Shown here piece by piece: positions 35,702 to 45,000 of a stretch of DNA of 64,000 nt. This DNA comes from a virus. Taxonomy: Duplodnaviria; Caudoviricetes. How positions within the stretch are numbered: the first letter of the stretch is position 1; each line of letters starts with the position of its first letter. The translations under genes and the position numbers were made by a program. Location of the stretch: positions 981 through 64,980 of IMG/VR virus record IMGVR_UViG_3300042518_000285. The stretch is one strand, 5' to 3'. Below the pieces are notes generated by a model. That model worked only from the letters and a program-made list of their open reading frames with translations, ran no database searches and had not been told where the DNA came from.

Positions 35702-37912
35702 ATGAGCCTCCACAGTCTAGCCAATCACCTTCAATCCGCTGGGCGCGGGGAAGACAAAGTCCTCGTCCACATGACTCCGAAAGAAGTCGGCGGGCTGCAA
35801 GCCCTTGCAATGGCGCATGGTGGGTCGCTTACCATCAACCCCGAGACAGGGCTACCTGAAGCCGGATTCCTAAAAAGAATGCTCCCGATGCTTGCGGGTC
35901 TTGCTTTGGCTCCCCTTACTGCGGGTACTTCGCTGGCGTTTCTTGGCGCTACCCCGCTGGCTTCAGCACTCACAGTGGGCGGTGTTACCGGATTGGTAAC
36001 TGGAGACTTGAGGCAAGGTCTGATGGCGGGTCTTGGCGCTTATGGTGGCGCAGGGCTTGGTGCAGGGTTAGCAAAGACGGGTGCTGCCGCTGGTGCTAGT
36101 GGGGCTACTGGGGCTACTGGGGCTACTGGTACTGCTGCTGGTGCTACTGGTACTGCTGCTGGTGCGGGTGCTTCTGGTACAGGTACTTCGCTATTCCCGT
36201 CTAGCGCAAACACGTTTGGTAACGTAGCTAAAGGTACAGGACCTTTCCCAACCTCTATTCCAACCGATTTCGGTCCCGCAGGGTTACAAACTGCCGTGCC
36301 AAAAGTCCCATTAAACCCGAATGCTTTGGCGTTTAGGCCAGATTATGTCGCCCCCATCCCCGGTGGTGCAGCACCTATTAGTACTTTTGGCAGTATAGGC
36401 CAAGGGATAACTGCCGCCCCATCTATGGGAAGCAACATGGCCTCAGGGGTTAAGGCGCTTGGGCAAGAAGGCGGACTTGGCAACCTATACGATGCGCTGC
36501 CGGGCGGTACGCTACCTGCTATCGCTGGTTCGCTGATGCTAAACCGAGATAAACCAGCAGAACCACCAAAAACTGATCCGGGGATGATCCGTCCGTATAA
36601 CTACGAGAGAACGCAAAACCAAGCCGCTTACGATATGGGTGCGCCTATGTATTCTAGTACGCCGGGGTCAAGCGCAGAACGTAATTATTTCACGGATAGC
36701 TACACAGAACTCAAACCCTATAAAGCGCCGGGACCTGAGTACGCTGCTGAGGGCGGCTTGATGGGGTTTGCAGTTGGTGGCCCGATAGAAACTATGTCGG
36801 CGATGAATTCTGTCGGTGCTAATACAGGCTACCCAATGGCGGGTATCAACACAGCACTATATTCCAACCCGATGATCCAGCGGCCTGAAGCGGTGAATGT
36901 AATCGCTCCTAGTGGCGATGCCGGTGTAGGCGCATATAGTGGGGAACCTAAGTTTGCTAGTGGGGGCGGGGTTTTTGCGCCGCAAATGGCGGGTGGGTAT
37001 AACTATTCGTATGACCCCAACACCATGCAGTTTACGCAGACAGGAACGCCTAGGCCAGTGTATAACACTTTTGGAAGTGCTTTGGGGAAAGTGTTTAACA
37101 CGCTTACAGGTAGACAACCAACTTTTGACCACGGACCAAAAGTTTCTGGAGGTATTGCCAAACCTGCCGCAGCACCGGCGATGCCAGCACAACCTGCGTA
37201 CACACCGCCTAGCATCCCTGCGTATAAGCCACCTGAGCAACAGCTTGGTCTAGGTAGTTTTTATTCGATGATGAATAGTCAGCTTGGCTCACCAAAGTTT
37301 TCAAAAGGCGGTACGGCGGCGGATAATGCTGCTAAAGAAGCTGCAAAGCTGCAAGGGGAATACACCTACTCATATAACCCACAAACCATGCGGTTTACGG
37401 AGTTGGGTACGCCGACATCGCCGGGGGAAAAACCTAAAGTCGAAATGGGCGGTATGGCACCTCCTAATGCAAATTCTCCAGCAATGCCCGCGCAGCCAGC
37501 GTACGGGGCACCTCCGGTTTCCGCCTATCAGTCACCTGAGCAACAACTTGGTTTGACTGACTTTTATGCAATGATGGATCGTAGGTTAGGGCAAGTAGGC
37601 GGGTATGCCGCAGGTGGTGGAGTTTCTCACTTGGGTGATTACTCTGATGGTGGTCGTCTCTTGAAAGGACCCGGCGATGGAGTTTCTGATTCTATCCCTG
37701 CTGTCATTGGCAACCGCCAGCCTGCTCGTCTTGCTGATGGTGAGTTTGTAGTCCCAGCCCGTATCGTCTCTGAGTTGGGTAATGGGTCAACCGAAGCAGG
37801 TGCTCGTAAACTGTACGCCATGATGGATCGGGTGCAGAAAGCGCGTCGTAAGACGGTTGGCAAAAGTAGAGTGGCAGCGAATACTAGATCGGAGAAATAT
37901 CTACCTGCATGA
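35702..37912 (+). CDS. Internal virion / ejection protein
   Basis: Gly/Ala/Pro-rich; GRGEDKVLVH, TINPETGLPEA, GPGDGVSDSIPA...LADGEFVVP motifs; hydrophobic segments. Confidence 0.7.
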   Translation: MSLHSLANHLQSAGRGEDKVLVHMTPKEVGGLQALAMAHGGSLTINPETGLPEAGFLKRMLPMLAGLALAPLTAGTSLAFLGATPLASALTVGGVTGLVTGDLRQGLMAGLGAYGGAGLGAGLAKTGAAAGASGATGATGATGTAAGATGTAAGAGASGTGTSLFPSSANTFGNVAKGTGPFPTSIPTDFGPAGLQTAVPKVPLNPNALAFRPDYVAPIPGGAAPISTFGSIGQGITAAPSMGSNMASGVKALGQEGGLGNLYDALPGGTLPAIAGSLMLNRDKPAEPPKTDPGMIRPYNYERTQNQAAYDMGAPMYSSTPGSSAERNYFTDSYTELKPYKAPGPEYAAEGGLMGFAVGGPIETMSAMNSVGANTGYPMAGINTALYSNPMIQRPEAVNVIAPSGDAGVGAYSGEPKFASGGGVFAPQMAGGYNYSYDPNTMQFTQTGTPRPVYNTFGSALGKVFNTLTGRQPTFDHGPKVSGGIAKPAAAPAMPAQPAYTPPSIPAYKPPEQQLGLGSFYSMMNSQLGSPKFSKGGTAADNAAKEAAKLQGEYTYSYNPQTMRFTELGTPTSPGEKPKVEMGGMAPPNANSPAMPAQPAYGAPPVSAYQSPEQQLGLTDFYAMMDRRLGQVGGYAAGGGVSHLGDYSDGGRLLKGPGDGVSDSIPAVIGNRQPARLADGEFVVPARIVSELGNGSTEAGARKLYAMMDRVQKARRKTVGKSRVAANTRSEKYLPA
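36100..36165 (+). repeat. Short coding tandem repeats (GGGGCTACT x3; GGTACTGCTGCTGGTGC x2)
   Basis: Encode GATGATGATGTAAGATGTAAGA. Confidence 0.7.
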
Positions 37913-38361
37913 CATTCCTTACCTACGCCGATTGCGACCCGTTTGTATTTGTAGAAGAACTTAAAGAACTGTTCCCGCTACATTACGAAGAGCTGTGTGT
38001 AACGAAAGATTTCCCGTTAGCGCCAGATTACGATGCGTATAAACGGTTGGCGGATGCAAGGATGCTGCGATGTATTACAGCACGTGTGGGGGAAGAGTTA
38101 ATTGGTTACATCATATTTGTTGTCCAGCCGCATCTTCACTACATGACTTGTAAGACGGCGTTTGAAGACATTTACTTCATTCGTAAAGAGTATCGTAAAG
38201 GTCGAGTTGGTATACGTTTGTTTAAGTATGCGGAAGAAGTGCTAAAAGGTATCGGGGTAAACCGTATCATCATGCACACAAAAGTTCATATGGATAACTC
38301 CAAGCTGTTCGAATACTTGGGGTATAAGTGGACAGACAAACTGTTCACCAAGATTTTGTAG
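37909..38361 (+). CDS. GNAT-family acetyltransferase
   Basis: IYFIRKEYRKGRVGIRLF (motif A), LFEYLGY. Confidence 0.85.
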   Translation: MTFLTYADCDPFVFVEELKELFPLHYEELCVTKDFPLAPDYDAYKRLADARMLRCITARVGEELIGYIIFVVQPHLHYMTCKTAFEDIYFIRKEYRKGRVGIRLFKYAEEVLKGIGVNRIIMHTKVHMDNSKLFEYLGYKWTDKLFTKIL

Positions 38362-38369
38362 GGGTCACT

Positions 38370-39434
38370 ATGACTTACTCGCGTAGACAACTTGAAGCTT
38401 TTGGCGAACCGTTTGGCGAAAGCGCAACCCGGCTAAAACCGGGCGGACGTATTTATGGTGGAGGCGGTTCCCCTGCACCTCCCGCGCCCGGCCCACATAC
38501 TGTTACTCAATCAACCATACCAGAGTATGCAAGGCCGTATGTCGAGCGCATGCTGGGTAAAACAGAGGCGTTGAGTAAAACACCTTATCAAGCATACGGT
38601 GGGGAACGTATTGCTGGGTTTACACCCCTGCAACAACAAGCGTTTCAGGGCGTTGCAAATCTTCAACCATCGCAACAGCTTGGTGTTGGTACGCAACTAG
38701 CGGGGCTTTCGGGATTGCAAGGGCTTGGCGCAGGTCAGCAGTACGCGCAACAAGCTACATCCCCCGGTTCCATGCAGGCGTATATGTCGCCGTATGCACA
38801 GTTGGCGCTTGAACCACAACTACGAGACGCTGCACGTCGCTCGGCTATGGAAGGTCAGATGCAGCAGGCGCAAGCCGCGCAGCGTGGTGCTTTTGGTGGG
38901 GCACGTACGGCAATAGTAGAAGCGGAGCGTCAGCGCAATCTGGGTCAGTTGCAATCAGACATCTACGGTCGTGGGATGCAGACCGCGTTTGAGCAAGCAC
39001 GTCAGGCACAGCAGTTTGGTGCCGATCTTGGTCTACGTGGTGCGGGTCTAGGGGTACAAGCCGCTGGAGCATTAGGGCAGTTAGGGCAAACCCAGTTTGG
39101 GCAGCAAAAAGACATCCTCCAAGGGCAGCTTTCCGCAGGTGCGCAACAACAAGGGCTGGAGCAACAACGACTGGGACAGGCGTACCAAGACTTCCAAAAT
39201 CAGCGGCAGTACCCGTATCAGCAGTTGGCATTTATGTCTGACATGCTACGGGGCTTGCCTTTGGCGCAATACTCTCAGACGATGTATCAACCACCACCAT
39301 CTATGCTTGGGCAAGTAGCGGGTGCCGGATTAACGTATTTAGGAGCACAAAAAGCCGGATTATTTGGTGCTGAAGGTGGAGTAGTACCGGGCGGACTTGC
39401 TGGTATCGCCGCCGATAAATTGATGCAGGGGTAA
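38370..39434 (+). CDS. Internal virion / DNA transfer protein
   Basis: Gln/Gly/Ala-rich; YMSPY, GAFGGAR, YPYQQL motifs; start revised to ATG 38370. Confidence 0.7.
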   Translation: MTYSRRQLEAFGEPFGESATRLKPGGRIYGGGGSPAPPAPGPHTVTQSTIPEYARPYVERMLGKTEALSKTPYQAYGGERIAGFTPLQQQAFQGVANLQPSQQLGVGTQLAGLSGLQGLGAGQQYAQQATSPGSMQAYMSPYAQLALEPQLRDAARRSAMEGQMQQAQAAQRGAFGGARTAIVEAERQRNLGQLQSDIYGRGMQTAFEQARQAQQFGADLGLRGAGLGVQAAGALGQLGQTQFGQQKDILQGQLSAGAQQQGLEQQRLGQAYQDFQNQRQYPYQQLAFMSDMLRGLPLAQYSQTMYQPPPSMLGQVAGAGLTYLGAQKAGLFGAEGGVVPGGLAGIAADKLMQG

Positions 39435-39437
39435 ATC

Positions 39438-41999
39438 ATGCAAAGACAAATCCAAGAAATTCAGGCGTTGGCAACGAAGTACTCTAAGGCCGACCTTGGG
39501 CGCATGGTGCAGTTGGGGTTGCTTGAGCCGCAAAAGGCGATGATGGCTGGCATGATGATCCAGCGTATCGAGCAGCAAAACGCTAAACCTCCGCAGGCTA
39601 CCGTTGCGCAAGAAGTTCTTGGATTGCCTACATTGGCAGTGGGCCCACAAAGCCAAACTCCACAACTACGCACATCTCCCGGTGTTGGCACTCCTCCGGC
39701 TCCTCCACTCATGATGACTGCTGCCGATGGCGGGTTGCTCAATATACCTTCTGGTGATGTGGGTGAATACGCTGGTGGTGGCATCGTTGCGTTCGATGAT
39801 GGTGGCGAAGTAGAAGGCTACGCTAAAGGAGACTTGGTACCTTCTGGTCTATTCGAAGCACTTATCCAAGCAGAAAGCCGTGGCAGACACTACCGCAAAG
39901 ATGGAGAGTTGCTTAAAAGTAGTAAAGGCGCAGCCGGTATATCTCAATTGATGCCGGGCACTATGCGTGATCCGGGTTATGGCATCAAGCCAGTCCGTGA
40001 TGAGAGTCTGGAGGAGAACCTACGCGTTGGGCGCGAGTACCTTGGCGCGATGATGAAGAAGTACAGGGGTAATGTCGATCACGCCCTCGCTGCGTACAAC
40101 TGGGGTCCGGGCAATGTAGATAAGTGGCTACGTCGTGGTGGTGATCCGTCAGAGCTGCCCCGCGAGACAAGAGCTTATATCCCGAAAATCAAAAACTTCA
40201 TGGCGCAACAACAGCGCCCAGAACCAGTCCGTGTTGCAGAAAGACCGCAGATGGATGAAGACGGATTGGCTGGCATCCCCGCTGGGCAATTTATGCCTGT
40301 ATCGGATAGGGTTGGGATGCCTCCGTTGCTGCGTCGCCCCTTGGAGAGAGTTACTAGATTACTTCCTTCCGCAGAAGCTAGTGGTATTGACGAACTTCCA
40401 GCAGGTATGCAATCGCGGATGGAATATGCAAGTGGTGGTATTACATCATTCCAAACAGGGGGCTTAAATGTGCCCTTAGATTTGCAAACTCCGTTTGACA
40501 CAAGTGGAGGCAGTAATACTGTGTACGGCAGGACTACTACAGATATGCTCCGCCCACGTGCACCCGAAGAAGAAACCTCGTCTATGTTTGGGCGTGGTGT
40601 ACGGGCTATGGGTAGCACGATAGCAGATATATTTAGTGCGCCGCCCGGTGCTTCAGAGCGGTATGCCGCGCAACAAGACGTATTAGCAAGGCAGCAAGCT
40701 TTACGTAATCGACTACAGCAATTAGAAGGCTACGGATTTAGGCAACAAACAAAAGCCCAACAAGCTGAAGCCGAGCAGATTCGTAAAGAGTTAAGTGCAT
40801 TGGAAGGACAACTCAGAGTTGCGGCTAGAACTCAATCGGCACCACCAAGTGGACCATCTGGAATCACACCGTATAAAACTAAGACCGTAGATGGGGTTAG
40901 AGAAGACCAATTTCCGCTAGAGACTTATCAAGAGCGTTTGGCTCGCCGACAGACTGATGTTGGTTATACCGACCCCAAAACTAAACAAAGGATGGGCCCT
41001 GACGGAACCCCAATTGATGCGCCACCAGCACCACCAGCCGCTCCAGATGCCCCATCATATGTTCGGCGCGACATAGCACGCCCAGAACTTGAGTTGCCGG
41101 GTACAAAAATTGACGCTTCTTTCTACCAAGGCAAGGAACCGCTAGAACTTTCTGAGCTAGGTAAGCAGCGCATGGACCACATGAGGTCGCTGGGTGTAGA
41201 TCCAGATATGTATAAAAACATGCTTGCTGCGGTTGAAGATAAGAAAGGCAAGTTGGCTGCACGCAAAGGCGAGTCCAAAGGCGAAGCAATGATGCGTGTT
41301 GGTTTAGGGCTAATTGGCTCCCGTCAAGGAAGAGAGTTTGAAGACCTACGAGAACACGGGCTAAGTGCGCTGAATCAATACAAACAAGATGTTAAAGATT
41401 TGCGTGCTTCTGAAGAGAGGCTGGATGACCGGATGGATGCGTTGCGTATCGCTGATCAGCAAGCAAAACAGAGCGGCGCTGAGAAAGATATTGCTCGTAG
41501 GCAGCAAATGGAAGACTCGTACGAAGCGGCACAGCGTGATAGGTATAAGCAGCAAAATGAAGTACGGGTAGCGGAAGCTCAATTAGGTTTCCGTGCTGCG
41601 GAAATAGCTACGCAATTTAACACGCAGATGTATGGCATCGATACGAGAGACGACTTAATGCGTGAGCAATTGCAAGTTGAGCGTGACAAACTAAAAGTTA
41701 CTGAAAAGTACTACGATAGACGAATAAACGCGGAAGAGAGCCGCGCTAAAGCGGCTGGACAACTCGCACATGCAAGATTCTTAACCGCTAAGCAAAAAAT
41801 TATGGAAGGTCTTCCGAGTGATGCTGAATACCTAGCGCTTGTAAAAGACTTGGAAGGTCGTTATGGTAAGAAGTGGGCAACCATACCGCAGGCACAAACT
41901 GAGCTAAGTCTATTTAGAAAAAAGTTTCTTGCAGAGCGTTTTGATGCTGGAGGATTAGACTTAGATACATCCGGTATTAAACACGAGTCTGAATACTAA
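39438..41999 (+). CDS. Internal virion protein with lytic transglycosylase (SLT) domain
   Basis: QAESRG...GAAGISQLMP...ALAAYNWGPG...ETRAYI. Confidence 0.85.
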   Translation: MQRQIQEIQALATKYSKADLGRMVQLGLLEPQKAMMAGMMIQRIEQQNAKPPQATVAQEVLGLPTLAVGPQSQTPQLRTSPGVGTPPAPPLMMTAADGGLLNIPSGDVGEYAGGGIVAFDDGGEVEGYAKGDLVPSGLFEALIQAESRGRHYRKDGELLKSSKGAAGISQLMPGTMRDPGYGIKPVRDESLEENLRVGREYLGAMMKKYRGNVDHALAAYNWGPGNVDKWLRRGGDPSELPRETRAYIPKIKNFMAQQQRPEPVRVAERPQMDEDGLAGIPAGQFMPVSDRVGMPPLLRRPLERVTRLLPSAEASGIDELPAGMQSRMEYASGGITSFQTGGLNVPLDLQTPFDTSGGSNTVYGRTTTDMLRPRAPEEETSSMFGRGVRAMGSTIADIFSAPPGASERYAAQQDVLARQQALRNRLQQLEGYGFRQQTKAQQAEAEQIRKELSALEGQLRVAARTQSAPPSGPSGITPYKTKTVDGVREDQFPLETYQERLARRQTDVGYTDPKTKQRMGPDGTPIDAPPAPPAAPDAPSYVRRDIARPELELPGTKIDASFYQGKEPLELSELGKQRMDHMRSLGVDPDMYKNMLAAVEDKKGKLAARKGESKGEAMMRVGLGLIGSRQGREFEDLREHGLSALNQYKQDVKDLRASEERLDDRMDALRIADQQAKQSGAEKDIARRQQMEDSYEAAQRDRYKQQNEVRVAEAQLGFRAAEIATQFNTQMYGIDTRDDLMREQLQVERDKLKVTEKYYDRRINAEESRAKAAGQLAHARFLTAKQKIMEGLPSDAEYLALVKDLEGRYGKKWATIPQAQTELSLFRKKFLAERFDAGGLDLDTSGIKHESEY

Positions 42000-42009
42000 A
42001 GGTTGCATT

Positions 42010-45000
42010 ATGATTATCAATCTGCCGAAGCTAGGGCCGGTACGTTTTGATGACAACCTAACGGAAGCGCAACTCAACGCACGGGTTAACGAGTTAGCCA
42101 AAAAATACGATTTCAAAGTTCCTACCCCTGAGTTTGGGCTAGGGGAGACTTTTACGCGTGCCGTAAAACGCGGGACAAAACAACTTGGCATCCTTGGGGG
42201 CGACGTTCTCCCCGCTATGGTCGGTAAAGGTCTTGGTTTTGAAGATTACGCTGCCAGACAAATGGAAGAAGCTGCGGTGTCCCAGCAAGAGATTGCTAGG
42301 CAGCGCCCGCCTATTTTCGAATCCTACAAACAAGTTGAGTCGCCATATCAAGCACTACAGTTTGGTATAGAAGTTATTGGCGAACAGATTCCAAACATCG
42401 CCACGTCGCTCATACCCGGCTTTGGGTTGGGGGCAGTAACTGGTCGTGCTGCGTTAACTTCAACAGGTAAAGCATTAGCAACACAAGCTGCCGAACGTGG
42501 TCTAGCGGGCGAAGCCGCTACCGCATTTGTAGCCGAGGGCATGAAACGTGCCGCCCCGCAGATTGCTGCTAAAGCGCAGACAGGTCAGAACGTCGGTATA
42601 TTTTTAGGCTCCTACGCCCAGAACGCTCCTGAAATCTTCCAGAACATCGTCCAAGAAACTGGGCAGATGGAAGTTGGTACGTCCCTGCTATTCGGTGCAG
42701 GTGCTGCTGCTTTAGATTCCATATTACCTGCGCAACTTGCAAGGCAGTTAACTGGCCCAATGAAGGCCGGTATCGTAGAGAAAGTGCTAGAGAAATCTGG
42801 CATGGATCGTGGGATATTGCGTAGCACTACTTCCGGCTTGATCAAGGGCACTGCGGGCGAAGGTCTTACTGAAGGCGCACAAGAAGCACTAAGCATCGCT
42901 GCTGAAAAGTTTGTTGCCGATAACCCTCAAGTCTTTGGTAGTAAAGAATGGGATCGGATCATGGAAGCCAGCGTTCGCGGTGCGATTGCTGGTGGTGGGT
43001 TCGGTGTTGTTGGCGGTTCAGTTGAGCGCATGCGTGAAAGAGCGGCAGACTTACGTGCTCAAGCCGAACAAGCCGAACGTGAGCGTCGTATCGAGGATGC
43101 GGCTCGTCTGCGCAAAGAAGTAGAAGACGCAGAACAGCAAATAGCTGAGATGGAGCGGCATGTTGCTGGAAGGGATTCTGAAAAAGAACAGGGGCGATTA
43201 GCGGAGATGGAGTTAGGTCCAGCTTCCCGTCTCCCCGAAGAACAAATACGACGATTTGAAGCGCTCGCTGCCGGTAAACCCGCTGAGTTTTTTGAACCTC
43301 AAAAAACTGCTAAGAGAGCCGCAGAAAGTGCCAAGAACAAACTAGGTGGCAAGCAACTGGAGCTGTTCGGGCCAGAAGGTAAACTAACTAAAGAAGCTGA
43401 GAAAGCCGCAACCGCTGATGAAAAGCGTGCGGTAAACGTCGCTCGCCAACAAGCCAAGAAAGAAGCAGCGGAGCTAAAGCAGTATCAAGACAGCCTGAAG
43501 AAGTTCTTAGGGGCTAAGCAACTTGTGCTGCCCGGCATGTCGCCAGAAGAGGTCGCTGCCGCTCAGAAACAACAAGCCGAGCTTGAGGAACAGATTAAAA
43601 CCACTGGGCAGGGCGACTTGTTTACGGGCATGCCTGCTGCTCCTAAAACGACTGATGAAGAAGCAACAAAAGCATTAAAAATATCGCCACAACCTAAACC
43701 TGAAGAGTTTGCTAATTCGCCCATAGAAGGATACACGTTCGAAATTCCGGGGGCTAAGGCTTCTTTAATTCATGATGCGGAAAAAAGTCCAAACATATGG
43801 AAAGTAGCTAGACTACGTGCCGCAAAGCCGGGGCAGGGTGCGGGTTCAGAATTATTAAATAAAATTGTTGATTGGGCGGATGAAAATAACGCAACCCTAA
43901 CTCTCATTGCGGCGGCGGATACCCCGGAAGGAAAAAAATTATCGCAAGAGAAGTTGGTTGAATTTTATGAGCGAAGAGGTTTTGAACCGGACGAACAAGC
44001 TCGTAGAAGAATAGAAGCAGGAGTGGAGTACAACACTCTTGTTCGATACCCAAAAACTAAACCGGGGCAAATTGATACTACTGCGCCCGTAGAAGAAGCT
44101 ATTGCCGAGCCTACCAAAGTAGAAGCACCTACTGGGGTAGAGGGTACTATCATCAGTAATACCAAGGAAGGGTTAGCCGCTCTTGGTAAACAACTTGGTA
44201 TTGGTCGTACGGCAAAGATATTACGTCCTGATGGCCCACTGGCTGGCAAAGATCTTTCTGATCCTGCACAGGCTGCTGAAGTTAGGCGCGTGTTGGAGGC
44301 GTATGCTTCTGGTAAGCCCGCTGAAGGCGCGGCATCTAAGATTGAAGAATTCCTACTGCGGCCTGAGTTCGAAGCCGCGCCAATGGAGGTGCCAAGTGAG
44401 CCAACTGCACAATTTGACATCGGAAGAAGTGAGCCTAGCGTTCCAAGTGATATCACTGATGGAGCAGAGCAACTTGGAGATCGAGGTGCCGGAGAGCTTG
44501 CAGAACCTATCAGCACAGGATTGGGCGAGACTGGACCTGCTGCTGGAGATATTAATGTCGGAGAAGAAGCTGCTGGGCGTCCACTAGGCGTCAAAGAAAC
44601 CAAAGATGTAGCTAGAGCCGAAGCAGCTACAGAAGAGGCGGTGCGTCAGCAAGCGGACTTTGTTACTAAAAATGACGAGCGCACAAACAATATCCTGACT
44701 GGTCTGCTACGTGAAGCGGCTGCTGCCGAAGGTATTGATCCTAAGTTTCTACCGTCTGAAGACCTGCGCGGTACACCAGAACATTCGTATTTGCGTCTGC
44801 CTAGCCTGATCAATGAGTATCTACGGCTTCGTGACATTCTGGGCATACCCCCAACGACTCCTGCTGAACGGGCGCAAGCGGCACGCAACCAGCAAGAGTT
44901 TGAAATTATCCGTGATGCCATCCTGCAAAGCGACCCTAACATGCCTCAGTTCTTACAGAACATGGAGGCTGCGACCCCGGCGCAACGAGAACAAGTGTTG

